A stretch of DNA of 64,000 nt from Octopus sinensis (lineage: Eukaryota): positions 142,724,001 to 142,788,000 of the forward strand of contig NC_042999.1 of the NCBI RefSeq assembly GCF_006345805.1, written 5' to 3'. The position numbers and the translations under genes were made by a program. Shown one piece after another: positions 50,596 through 62,790 of this stretch (position 1 is the first letter of the stretch; every line of letters starts with the position of its first letter). Below the pieces are notes generated by a model. That model worked only from the letters and a program-made list of their open reading frames with translations, searched no databases and was not told the origin of the DNA.

Positions 50596-52149
50596 TTCTA
50601 CATATAGCTTAAATGAAGCTATACGTGCGTGTGCATGCGTGTTAACGTCATAGAAGAACTGTTTGTTAACAGATGACGGATTGTGGCGACGGCTGCGATG
50701 TGGCTGTTCTCGGTCCAAGGCTGACAACCATCTGTGATCTCCACTGATGTTTTCTCTTGAAGGGTTAAATGACTTCACTTTGTTGCATACTTTTATAATA
50801 GAAGTTAGAAGAATGATTTAGGGACTGTACGATGAAGTTACGTCACACTTTTCTGATTGGTCAATTTCGCATCAACAGATATAACCTTTTGTTGCAGCAC
50901 AAAAGAAAACATAAGTATTAAAAATTCAAGCTGGCCGAAGTACAAGGTATAACTATGAAACACTAGATGCCTGAATCAGAATTGAGGAAAAACAAACAGA
51001 AGATAAATAAACCAAATAAGCAACTACAGAACATGTGCGAATAAAATATGGAAATCTAATGCCATTGCAAAATATATGTAGTTTCTATCACAATGAAAGA
51101 TCAAAGCCTTTTCCTCTTTGCTTCCTGTATTTCCTTTTGACTTCCTCATTTTTGTTTTTCTTTTGGTGATAAATATTTGAATAGAAACAAATAAGCATTA
51201 CAGAGATGTAAAAGAAGATAACTTCACGGTTGGCCAAGTTTGTAACCTTCAAGGGTATTAGTCCTTGAAAGAGATATGAATGTCACAAAATCAGTCAAGA
51301 AAAGCTTTCGTTTAATGCTTACGCAGAGAGGGCAATGAAAAACGATGCAATTCTTGAAGGACTGCGTTGAATCATTTATTATAAGGTATATCTAGAAAAC
51401 AACTATGAAAATAAAACAAATGACAATACCTGTATTTTACTAACCAAAATATTGCATAATGAAAATATAAATAAAAATGCACAAGTTGGTTAATTAATTA
51501 TCCGATTAATAATTACATATCTTTAGCAGTATTATAATTCAAGGAAACTACAAACTACTGCAGTCTTTACTAGAATCATAAAAATATCCTTCTTTCAATC
51601 TGCAGCTGTCTATTGATCAAAACTGTTTCTTTGATCTGGGGATTAGTTGAAAAACTTTGCGATATGAACCTGATAAGGACAGTTAGTTTATTATAATACT
51701 GTCTACTTCATTGTACCAGGCCAGTCAAGCCTGTTGTGAATAAGTTAACAATGGAGTTTCTATGTGGTCGCCTGCTTAGCAAGAAATATAGCTAAATTTC
51801 CCTAAAATCATATCTGTCTTAAAAGATGGAATTATATATTGCTAAATAATTTAATCTGAAATACATGTTTAAAAAAATAAAGCGAATAAAAGATAGAGTG
51901 TTTAGGGTTGGAATATTTTTGATCACAAGTCTTCTGACTCAAACCTGACCTGGTGATAATCAACAACAACCTTGTTGAATATGAGCCAGCGATTTCTTCT
52001 CTACATAGTACTAGAAATAATTGCTAAATCTCCCTCGACGATTGTCACTATTACTTAATGGTGATAGGTAACAAAAAGAAGACCCTTCTCCAATACTTTG
52101 AATCACTCTCCTTCCTAAGTAACTGCCATATAACTTTCATAAAGCTATA

Positions 52150-52640
52150 TATATATATAAGATACTATGCTGTCCTGTGTGACACATCAGTGAGCTCTCC
52201 TTCTCCAGAACTTTGCTAAGGTTAATGTTGTTACCTTCAACGTGAAGGAAATCTCTAAACCAAATCTGTCACCCAAATATCCTGACAAAACTACCTTACC
52301 TTGAGGTTCCGCTTCTATCTGTCACTTAACTCTTGGTGGTTTCATTTCAAATCGCACCATCACAACAAGTACTGATGGACCTCTATCTGACTCACATTCT
52401 ATGAATTCTGATGTACTCCAAAGTTGGCTTTGTACCTGCCCTCTTATACACATCCTTCCCCCTATATAACTATGGCCTATTTGCTGTTACTTCTAACTAC
52501 ACCAACTATAATACAGACGATACTATCTTTCATTTTCCTCTAACATTTCACGCCCAAATACCATCTACATGCAACCTAGTCACCTCGTGTCTAATCTTCA
52601 CTCTTCATGAACTGACTCCAAAATCACCATTTAATGGAGT
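52150..52640 (+). mobile_element. Highly degenerate LINE RT fragment
   Basis: SDSHSMNSDVLQS (INSGVPQGS-like) and NTDDTIFH (YADDT-like) remnants; ORF 52411-52785 overlaps it. Confidence 0.5.
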
Positions 52641-52769
52641 CATGTCAATCTCGTCTCCTCCGACTGCACATACGGACAAATACTATATATATGTAGTAGA
52701 TCATGCAGGCATGGCGTGGATTCGATCCTCAATCATCAAATTTCACTTAACAGTACAGCGGACTTTTCC

Positions 52770-53167
52770 CATAGAGAAACATTAAGTTGACAAGAGTGAC
52801 ATTCAACAGATGGCTTCCCTAAGCCGATTTTTGTATTTGCCACTTGACCCCTGCTAACCTTTTGTATGTGGTGGAGAGTTAAATGGACAAAACAACAGAA
52901 CTCCCAAAATACCCATTATTTGGATAATTGTATGTCTTTCTCGCGATCTTTCGATAATTATATATACAGAAGATCGTCCCACCACTCTCACTTTCACTAA
53001 CTCACTTTCTTTTCTCTGCAACATTACCATATCTCTCTATATATACTACTATGAGCTCGTGTACACACATATACAAGCCGAAATTAACTTTCTTTACCTT
53101 GCATGCTTTACACTAGCCTACCCGACGTTCCACCATAACAGGTATTGATTACATTGGTGACCCGGAG
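52770..53167 (+). mobile_element. Truncated and deleted LTR copy with a decayed tRNA-Trp PBS
   Basis: Colinear with 54116-54610. Ends ttaca (53153), followed by tTGGTGACCCggag. Confidence 0.75.
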
Positions 53168-53734
53168 TTAAAGAATCGTGGCCTTCGCCTTCGCATGAAG
53201 TTACCACACCCATTGATTACACTGGTGGATCTGTCTAAAAACAATTTCTACTTTCTGATGCTACATGCCGCTGCATTTTGCTGATCCTCGAACTAAAGAA
53301 TGACAACCTTCGTCACCACCAAGATGCACACTCGTTCGACCTGCTACAGAAAGCTCTATACTGTGATCCACGCTGCGATGCACTTCCCAACAATGCAGCA
53401 CTGCTGACGCACAAAAATTTCGCTGATCATGGAAGCCAATAAATGCCTCATTTCGACAGCTACATCACCAGAAACCAACTGGAATAAAATACGGAAGCCC
53501 TCACATGCGACCTTTTCGGCATACGCACGCTTTTCATCTTGTTCCAACGTACAGACTTTTGCATGTATATAAGACTGATATAGACTTTCAGTAACTCTTT
53601 TTCTTTGCATGCCCATTTTTTTTTTCACTTTCAGCAATAGACTTTTAAGAAAGGACACTATTTTCAGCTTTGTCATTTTTGCTTATTTTATTCTGTTCTG
53701 TTTGCACTGTATGTGTTCATTTGTTTACGAGTTA

Positions 53735-53812
53735 CACATATTCTGCGATGCACATATTCCGCGATGCACATACTCCGCGATTCACATATTCCGCGATGCA
53801 CAAATTCCGCGA
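53735..53812. repeat. 16-bp tandem repeat x5 (CACATATTCCGCGATG)
   Basis: Units at 53735, 53751, 53767, 53783 and 53799. This is typical of subterminal repeats of DNA transposons (inference). Confidence 0.85.
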
Positions 53813-54073
53813 CAGCTCGTTTCACTGAAACAACTAAATTTATGTGCATATCATTTTGAATGTTCTATATTATTATTCATATTTTGCATGTACTTTTTTT
53901 CGTTAAATTTGAAAATCTTTGTATTGTTATATACACACACGCATGTACCTTTCCTCAGCGCCTGGCCTTGCGCACGCATCTGCACACATTGTTGACACTG
54001 TCACATCCACCACATCATACCTTTATCGCTTATTTTTCATTTTCCCTGCGCCCTTCTAGACACAGCTCACCTC

Positions 54074-54721
54074 TGTAAGACCCTAGGTCGGTCACGTATA
54101 CATAGTAAAAGTTGTCAACATTAAGCTGACAAAAGTGACATTCAACAGATGGCTTCCCTAAGCCGATTTATGTCTTTGCCACTTGACCCCTGCTAACCTT
54201 TTGTACGTGGTGGAAAGTTAAATGAACAGAACAACAGAACTCCCCAAATACCCATTGTTTGGATAATGGTATGTCTCTCTTTCTCGCGATCTTGCAATAA
54301 TTATATATACAGAAGATTCTCAAGCAAAAGCAGTTAGTGAGAACCAAGTCTCGCTGACCGGCTGAACAAAATTCCGTCTCTAAAGGAAAAGGCAGAAAGG
54401 GAGAGCTATGGTAACTCACCAACGAAGCAGTTGTTTCGTCGCACCACTCTCACTTTCACCAACTCACTTTCTTTTCTCTGTAACATTACCATATCTCTCT
54501 ATATATACTACTATGAGATCGTGTACACACATATACAAGCCGAAATTGACTTTCTTTACCTTGCACGCTTTACGAATTGTGTTATACTATTACACTAGCC
54601 TATCCGTCGTGGTATGGCATATATTAAAGTAACGGTAAATAAATATTTCCTTAAAACTTCGATCGCTGTTCTTCTTCCATCTTGCATACTGGCAACCAAC
54701 ACCTTAACAACAACCGTTACA
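54074..54721 (+). mobile_element. LTR (648 bp) of an LTR retrotransposon, probably Gypsy-type
   Basis: TGTAA...TTACA termini, AATAAA at about 54638, a PBS 3 nt downstream, and a second partial copy upstream. Confidence 0.85.
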
Positions 54722-54724
54722 AAT

Positions 54725-54742
54725 TGGTGACCCCGACGTGAT
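54725..54742 (+). promoter_or_regulatory. Primer-binding site complementary to tRNA-Trp
   Basis: TGGTGACCCCGACGTGAT is the 18-nt complement of the metazoan tRNA-Trp 3' end (...ATCACGTCGGGGTCACCA). Confidence 0.9.
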
Positions 54743-54961
54743 GAATGTTAACCGTTACATACACCAAAAATGCATAATTGTGTCCCTTCTTCATCCCGGC
54801 TCCGAAACATCAACAATACACATATAGAACTCTCAAGGTTGCTACAAATGCTGGGCTTCACAATGATTGAGGGTCTCTCTTTTGGCGAATACAAAAGCAG
54901 CAACACAAAGACTGGCCTTTCTCTTGGAAAACTGGAAAAGGTTTTATCTACTCGCCCAACA

Positions 54962-54962
54962 G

Positions 54963-55007
<45 letters not shown>

Positions 55008-55025
55008 TTACTGCTGCTGCTGCTA

Positions 55026-55058
<33 letters not shown>

Positions 55059-55098
55059 TTGCTACCGCCGCCGCCGCCGCCGCCACTGCTACTGCTGC
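54962..55098. repeat. Compound trinucleotide microsatellite (CTA)n(CTG)n(CCG)n
   Basis: Directly visible. It accounts for the poly-T/A/L/V ORFs at 54748-55117. Confidence 0.95.
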
Positions 55099-55616
55099 AA
55101 AGCTAAGCGACTTATAATGGAATATTGCTCCCTCATCGGGGACAGTGCATCTGCTGCTTATACAAACATCTTAGACCAGCGTTTGCCAACCAGGCTTTGC
55201 GAGAGGTTTCTCGGGATACAGCGAGAAATCGCGATAAATAGGCGAATTATGTACATTTTAAAGTTATAATTTGGTTTAATTTTACACGTATAATTATTTT
55301 ACCAAAGCACGGTATATTTCTTAAGACAGGGTAACTTTGACATCTGCAAGTCTTAAGGAGACCTTACAGGGAAAAAATGCTATCTTAATAGGTTAATGTC
55401 GGGAATTTGTTCTTAATTATGCTTTTGATTAAGACGAAACCTTTTAAAACCTTTGTGGTGTCTGATGGATCTAGTACTGCAAAACTTTTCAAAGACAGTG
55501 TTATGATTCGTTTAATCACTTAAGGTATTTAAATCTTTTATCCTCGTCGTGGCTTCAAGGCATTAAAAGGCCACATACGTGTTTCTCTCTGAATAAAAAA
55601 TTCGTGTTGCTATATT

Positions 55617-55617
<1 letters not shown>

Positions 55618-55706
<89 letters not shown>
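55618..55706. repeat. (TG)n microsatellite (one of many TG, TA and TATG tracts in the window)
   Basis: Directly visible. Confidence 0.95.
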
Positions 55707-55709
<3 letters not shown>

Positions 55710-58562
55710 CTGTAAAAACAAAAGATTAATTGAAATGACAAAATAAAAAATATAGATAAATGCAATTATAGGTGTGAATTTGTCTAGGAATCTAAGGCAG
55801 GTTTGAAGTGGGGTTCTTTTTTTAACCAGGTACAGCATTCTTGATAAATCACTGACCACTTCGGATCTCGCACTAGATGTCATACTCTCACCTCGTTTGT
55901 GACATATGTTACCACCACTATCCCTACACCTTCCAAAAAAAAAAGCATGATACAAAACAGAAAATGCAAAAGAAGAATCAAGATAAGGATCAAAGGATAC
56001 CCATTTCTTTATCGTTGCCTAATTAGAAATTCACATAATGCAATGTATTTAGATAAACGAAATATGTTTATTACTAGCAATATTAGTATTCACTTTCCTC
56101 CTGTTTCTTGCCCTTGTTTTATTTTTATTAATTTTTTTATTTGTATTTCTTTCCATGGGTACCCTTCTCCTTTACTGTAACCTAAAACAAACTTTTGACA
56201 ACCGTTTCGGTTGTTTAAATTTCAGAAGTTTAATGGACCAAACAGATTGTTTTCGTTCATGATAAATTAGTAGTTAGCAGGATAAAGGGTAATAATTTGA
56301 CATGCGTGATTATGTCACGTCTCCTCACCCACCGGATGGGTGGGGGGAATTAAGTGCATAATCCAATATTTATCCTTAAGAGAGGTATGGGGGAGAGAGG
56401 AAGAAAATTAACTTTGGTTCATGTACATTTATATTTACATATATATTTAGCAAAAGACACCTTTTTAAATGCACATCATCTCTAAATATTTATGTAAATT
56501 ATTTTTGCACACGCGCGCTTACATGCACACATCTCGAAGTTCATGGACATTAATGAAGATTGGGCCGAAATTAAACACAAACGAAGAACTGATTTCAAAA
56601 TCTGTTGGAGATGAATGGGAAAAAAATGGTTCTACTGAAGCTACAAAAACGGTCCACTTTATTAAATGAAGACGAGTTCACTCGATAATACGCAAAATCT
56701 GTGAGCAAACTTGAACAAAGAATACATATATCCGGCTACATATAGAAATACAATAGTTATTGGAAGAAGACTTCTACATAAAGCGTTCGAGCTTGGAGAA
56801 ATCATGTTGCAAAAGGACATTTTGAAATGTTTCAACAACTCGTGTGTCTTAAAAGTGGGAAATGCTCTCAGTTTTTTTTTTTTTTCTTATTGAAACCCAC
56901 CTGGAGAAATGTTGATCAAAATCTTTTATTATTCATTTGTTTCAGTCATCGGACTACAACCATGAAAGGTTTGATGGAACAAATCAGCTACAGAATTTAT
57001 TTTTAAAAGTCTTATACTAATTCTATGGAACTCATTTGCCGATCTGCTAGATTACTGGGGTGTAAACAAACCAACAAAGGTTGTCAAGCGATGGTGAGAA
57101 GGGTTACAAACACTCAACCAGGCATGCATGATTAGTTCATTTATGAGTCGAGGTCACCGCAAAGCTTCAAAATAGAAAACTCAATAGAGAAAGTATATTG
57201 GTATGTGCGAAAGGGATTTTAAAAAATAAGCTAACCGCTAGTCTTCTTTCCGACATGGAAATAAGAAGAAAGTCATGAAGTTAGCTTGCCATATCTGAGA
57301 AGTGGAAGTACACCACACTCCATCAAATGGAGCAGTGTGGAACAATCCATACCATACACTTCCAGCAGTTTCCGTCTACCTAATTCACTCACAATGCATT
57401 GGTCGACTCGGGGTTACAGCAGAAAACACTTGCCCAAGGTGCCACGCAGTGGGACTAAAGGCAAACCGCGTGATTGTCAAGCGAACTTCTTAACCACACA
57501 TTCATGCTTCCGCCTATAAAACTGAGCATTATTTTCCTTCTTCTCAATCTTTATATGATTGCGTGAGAGATCCATACTCTGGACCTTCTTGCTCATCTTC
57601 AGGACTTGATTTTCAGACAAGCGGAAGGAAAGAAGAAATTTGTGAGGTGCAGTTAGGCCGTATACCTTAGATGAGATTTACTAACTTATTCGTTGACAAG
57701 TCTAGATTTCTGTGAAAGAAGAGTATCCTGCCATTCATAAAAACGCAATAAATATATTGCTGCCGTTTTTAACAACCTTTTTCTTATTTAACGAAAAGCA
57801 ATAACAAAGGGAAATCATCCCCGTTCGACAGAAACTTAAATCTGTATGTACTTATGAAGAGTTCAATTCCGATTTAAGTATTTGTGTACCAAGATCTAAG
57901 CACAGGTTTCTCAATACAGAATGAAATTTCTTTACCTAAATTAGCTTTAAAAATAACACTGCCTTGACCCAAATGACATACTGCTTTGAATTGTCAATAA
58001 AAGTTTATATTGTTATAATTATTTTCGCTTTGTTTGTACGTGTTTTATAGATTACTAGTAGTAACACCTGTCATTGATAGGGTAATTACTTTTACTATTT
58101 CTCTGAAGTCACATTCAAAGTGTTATTATATATTTAGACTTACTCCTCTTGTATGTGTGTATTTTATAAGAAAAAAATGTAATAATTGAAGTAGAAAAAA
58201 TATCTATTTCATACATGAACTTCTGTTTGTTTATTATATGACAATAATAAGTGAGTTGTATGTGTTCTTTTATATATCAATATAGTAATGGCAGTTATAT
58301 AATACACAAGGCTTTGGTCGACACGGAGTTATAATGGAAGAGAATTGCCCAACGTGCCGCAAAGTGGGACTGAACCCAAGGCGATATGGTGGGAAAGTAA
58401 ATTTTTCAACCACACAGCCACGCCTGTAAAGGAGAGATACATTTTGGATAATATACTCCTTGATACAATATGCATAACAAAAAGATGGGATGTTTACAGC
58501 GAGAAGACCTTTGATTTTAATATTTACTCGAGCAACGCAACAACTAACAACGCTACACCATA

Positions 58563-59024
58563 TAAGGTGTTCCAGAATTAACTACCTATTTCAATGAAAT
58601 TGAGCAAATTTTTAAAAAACTGACAGAATTTTATGTTTATTACCAAAACAAATAGATTTATAAATCTTACGTTAAACTTCAAATCTCTCCTTAGCGTTGT
58701 GAAACACATTTTGAAGCATTTCATGAGTTAGCTCCTGCACTGCTAACTGAATGTGTTCTTTAACCCAGCTAAACGATTGCTCCATATTGGGGATGGAGGT
58801 AAAGAAAATGATTGCTGCCAAACTGAAAAAAAACTGTCGTGGACAAATAAGAGTTTAACAAGAATGAAAATAGTATTATAGACAAAATTCAAAATTTATA
58901 ATATTATACATATAATTTAACACATATTAAACTTGATATATAAAAATTAAACACATATATAAAAATGAGTTTTTAAAAAATGCAACCGATTTCACTCAAT
59001 CATCATTAATTCTGGGGCATCCTG
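58563..59024 (-). mobile_element. Internally deleted Tc1/mariner element
   Basis: TA|taaggtgttccagaattaa ... ttaattctggggcatcctg|TA imperfect TIRs, extending into tgaaat..gca..tttttaaaaa. Minus-strand remnant AVQELTHEMLQNVFHNAKERF resembles a transposase C-terminus. Confidence 0.7.
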
Positions 59025-59860
59025 TATTTACTCGTCCTACTAAACGGGGGAAGGAACACAGGGGGGAGGGGGACTAATTGCAGGTGGCGAGCGTAGCTTC
59101 CGGAAGTGGTCACACGGTCAAACTTGAATGGCTGTGAGTCATAACAGTTAGCGTTTTATTTTTTTGCATGAATATATAGTTCAGACACGGATGGCATAGA
59201 AAGCAGACTTGCTGCCATGCCATGCTGCGTTGTGCAGATTGGAAACGTGAAACATCAACAGGGCACTTCTGGAGAATGAATGAATGGTTTTGTTGTGCCT
59301 TTACCCAGCCGCACACACATGCACATGGCCCCGGTGGCGCGTGGGATGGTTACATGAAGCATCAACAGGGCGCGGACAAAAATTTTAATGTTCCCATTTC
59401 CTCTGCCAAACTAGACAAAAAGGTTTTCATAAAATATTATACGCTACTTATAATGCATAAGTACTGTCAATATTTTATCGTCGGAAAATGGCCTAAAACA
59501 AAGATAAAACCCAATACAGTATACTCAAATCTGATTAATCTGCATTTTTAGTGGGTGGTCCATTGTCGGCGTCGGAATTTTTTTTTTTAATCAACAGCAA
59601 TTCGAGGAGCCTGATGTTTGTTGCAAATTTAGAAGAAAGCGACTGGGTACTCTTCAAGTTACGGGCCTTAACGCTGCGAAAATGCTTTAAAAATGCGGTT
59701 TATCTGCCCCTAGGACCACATTAGGCCAGACGTTGAAAACATTTTTGGCCTGGACCCCATGTAATGCATGTGTAAATTTTATTAAAATCAGTTGGGTGGA
59801 TTTCGAGTTTTAACGACCGTGACAAACACACCGATACCCATTATTATTATATTATATTAT

Positions 59861-59907
<47 letters not shown>

Positions 59908-59916
59908 ATGGGTATC

Positions 59917-59954
<38 letters not shown>

Positions 59955-60202
59955 TGGGTATTTATATATATTTTTTTTGTGAGTGAATATAGATACATTT
60001 GGGGTTTTTTTTCTTATGCGTTTAAAACCATCCTTATGTGTTCCATGAACATACAGTTTCATTTATGTTATTTATTATTATTTATTTATTCACCTCTTTC
60101 TGCAATAAACTTGAGAAATGCTTAAATTAGATTTTGCTTCAATCAGTTATCAGAAAAATATGGTTGACGAACTCTAATATTATGACAGAGGAACAAAAAT
60201 AT

Positions 60203-60335
60203 GGCTTTCAAATTTTTGCTCAAGGCCAGCAATTTCGGGGGAGGAGGTAAGTCGATTGCATCGACTTCAGTGATCAACTGGTACTTACTTTATCGACCCC
60301 CAAAGGATGAAAAGCTGAGACGATCTCGGCGGACA
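60203..60335 (-). mobile_element. SINE family A 3' fragment
   Basis: gctttcaaattttt...aaggccagcaatttcgggg...actggtactt...tatcgacccccaaaggatgaaa. Confidence 0.8.
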
Positions 60336-61943
60336 GAGAAATATAATATTTAGCGATACAATTTTTCTGAACGGCCTCCTTGAGAAATGAAATTATTTTA
60401 TAGTTGTATTAATCGCGTGACATTGGGCTATCTACGTATATTACAAACAAAAGCAAAACTCGCCAACATTTAACAGCAGATTAGGATATAGTGATCGACT
60501 GAATTGTGTTTGCTCGGCCATTAGTTATCTAAAAGATACAAGAACGCTGAATCTTGCTGAAGCTTTGTCCTTGATTAGCTTCGCGAGAACACCCAGTAAT
60601 GTTATCTTTGAATGCCATAAGAGCCCTGGTTGATTTTTAGCACTAATCTGTTTAAATAAATAAAAGGATGCGAACCTCAAGGACACTTGAGATGATGTTC
60701 TAACTGGACGTGTGATCTGCAAACAGATTGGTTGATAAATAGCGTATTCATATGAAGATTACATGCCCCAAACTGTGGATCACTCATGATAGTGAACTTC
60801 TAATTTAGCGAAAGGACTTCAAATCCTAACGCTCGCTACAATTTCAAAGATTTCTCATGAGAATAAAAGTGTAGGAAACCGCTGGCTAAGATCGTATCCG
60901 CAAAAGGTTGCTCAACTGATTGGCATGAAGTTGCTTGCAAACACACTCCATTTTTTTCTGGCATAATATGACAATTTTGTTGCGTTCGTTGTGTTCTATG
61001 TATTTGCTTTTCCGTTTGCAATTAATGCATTTCTTATTCCAGGAAGCTGAAGATTGGTTAAAATCACAAGTAGTGTGGCCATTTTCAAAATTCCAAGTAA
61101 AAGATTGCATACGTGATCGTAGGTTATTTTAGAGTGCGATACACCGCGCGCGCACACACGCACACACACACACACACACACACAGTTATATTTTACAGAT
61201 TTGTTGTTTTAGCAAAAAAATCCATTTTCGCTAATTCCTGTAGCTCTTCGGAAACTAAATCATTTTGAACTTGCAAGCGAAGCCAAACATGCCTCTTATA
61301 GTAAAGCTGGAAATAGGTTTGAAACGAAGGGGAAAAAAATGGAAGAAGAATAATGATGACGAGTCTCAATTCACACATATATTAATGAGTGGCATAAACG
61401 TGTCTGACTCATGTAGAAATATTTTCATAGAACTTGTAGAATTGGATATCACAAGAAAATATTATATATTCCAGCAAAATTAAACCTCGCACGAAATCAA
61501 ATTACAAACATCGGAAAGTGATGCAAACATACGAAACAAGCAGAATAAATAAATGATTCATATGAAATCTTCAAAACATAATGAACAATATTTTGCTTTT
61601 TTATTTTACTGCACAAATTTTATTGCATAAGTATCCGCAATGAACCATCTATTGATAATACATTTACAAATTCATCGAGTATATAAATGTATATATATTT
61701 TAGATCAAACACCTGTGTTTGCTTTACTGAGTGAAAGACATGAGAAGATCAATAGTAAATGCGGATATAGGATAATAGATGAAACTAAAACTACAAGACT
61801 GTATTGAGATCAAGAATATGAAAAAAAAAACCCACAAATGTTGTTTCATGTTCATGGCTAAAACAGTTACAGTAATATAGTTAACGTACAATTCATCGTC
61901 GTAAAATAGTGAAAGTAAATTGTACTTAAAAAATAAAAGTATA

Positions 61944-62311
61944 CTAGCACTATGACCCGGCAAAGCCGGGATATAATGCTAGTGCATGCATATACAGCTG
62001 CGTGCGTGCGTGCGCACATACACGCGAGTACTGTCCAAATCTCCGACCAATCACATACAGCTAGCTGGCATTCAATTGGCGTATCAAGTTTCGGGCATTT
62101 TGATTGGGTTTTGGATAGAAAATTAACAAAAATTTCACTTCTATTGAGTTTTTAATGACTTTGCGGGGTGACTGGGGAAATGTAAAGATGTGCACGACCA
62201 CCCTTGGACGGTTTTGAATGACCATAGAAAGTGCGATCCTTTTAACTGAAAAATTGTGGATTTGTATAATGGACAGACACGCAGACATTTTGCCGTTTAT
62301 ATATAGAGAGA
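61944..62311 (-). mobile_element. Non-autonomous Helitron, 368 bp
   Basis: Minus-strand A|TCTCTCTATATATAAA start; perfect hairpin CCCGGC-aaa-GCCGGG (61956-61970); CTAG|T end. Confidence 0.9.
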
Positions 62312-62790
62312 TTGCGATAGTAACCGGAAGTGACGACGTGACATCCCGTAATTTCATTAGGAGTTCCCAACCTTTTATGTGTCATCACCCACTTACACAG
62401 GGGAAATTTTTCCACCGCCCACCTGTAGTGTAAATATTTAAAAAAGCAAACCAAAAATGTTTGGTAAAAGTTTATTACTGGTTCATAAATTGACTTTTTA
62501 TGATGTACTAAAAAAATACAAAGGCACAGTTGATGGAAAATTTGTTCAGACAAAAAATTCGATTTTAGTTTTTCTTTTTTTTTTATAAATAGTTTCAGCC
62601 ATGCTGAAGCACCGCCTTTAGTCGACCAAATCGACCCCAGGACTTATTCCTTGTAAGCCTAGTACTTATTCTATCATTCTCTTTTGCCGAACAAAGAGGC
62701 AAACACACCAAAGTTTGTCAAGCGATGATGGAGGACAAACACAAACAAAAATTCATACATATATATATATATTATATATATATTATAATA

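Noticed and set aside
50668-50737. SECIS element or pre-miRNA
   Set aside because: ATGA is present, but the apical AAR and the 3' GA of the quartet are missing. The hairpin is short and dominated by GU pairs.
53735-53812. 16-bp repeats as a CRISPR or iteron array
   Set aside because: A simple tandem repeat without spacers.
54748-55117. Poly-Thr/Ala transcription-factor-like ORF
   Set aside because: The open frames are explained by a compound trinucleotide repeat; the flanking residues resemble no domain.
59400-59850. Another Helitron-like element
   Set aside because: The right end resembles the 5' regions of the other Helitrons, but I found no CTAG-plus-hairpin terminus.
61043-61096. Possible 54-bp internal exon (ttcttattccAG|EAEDWLKSQVVWPFSKFQ|GTaaaa)
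   Set aside because: The acceptor is reasonable but the donor is weak, with no recognisable homology or partner exons; too likely to be chance.
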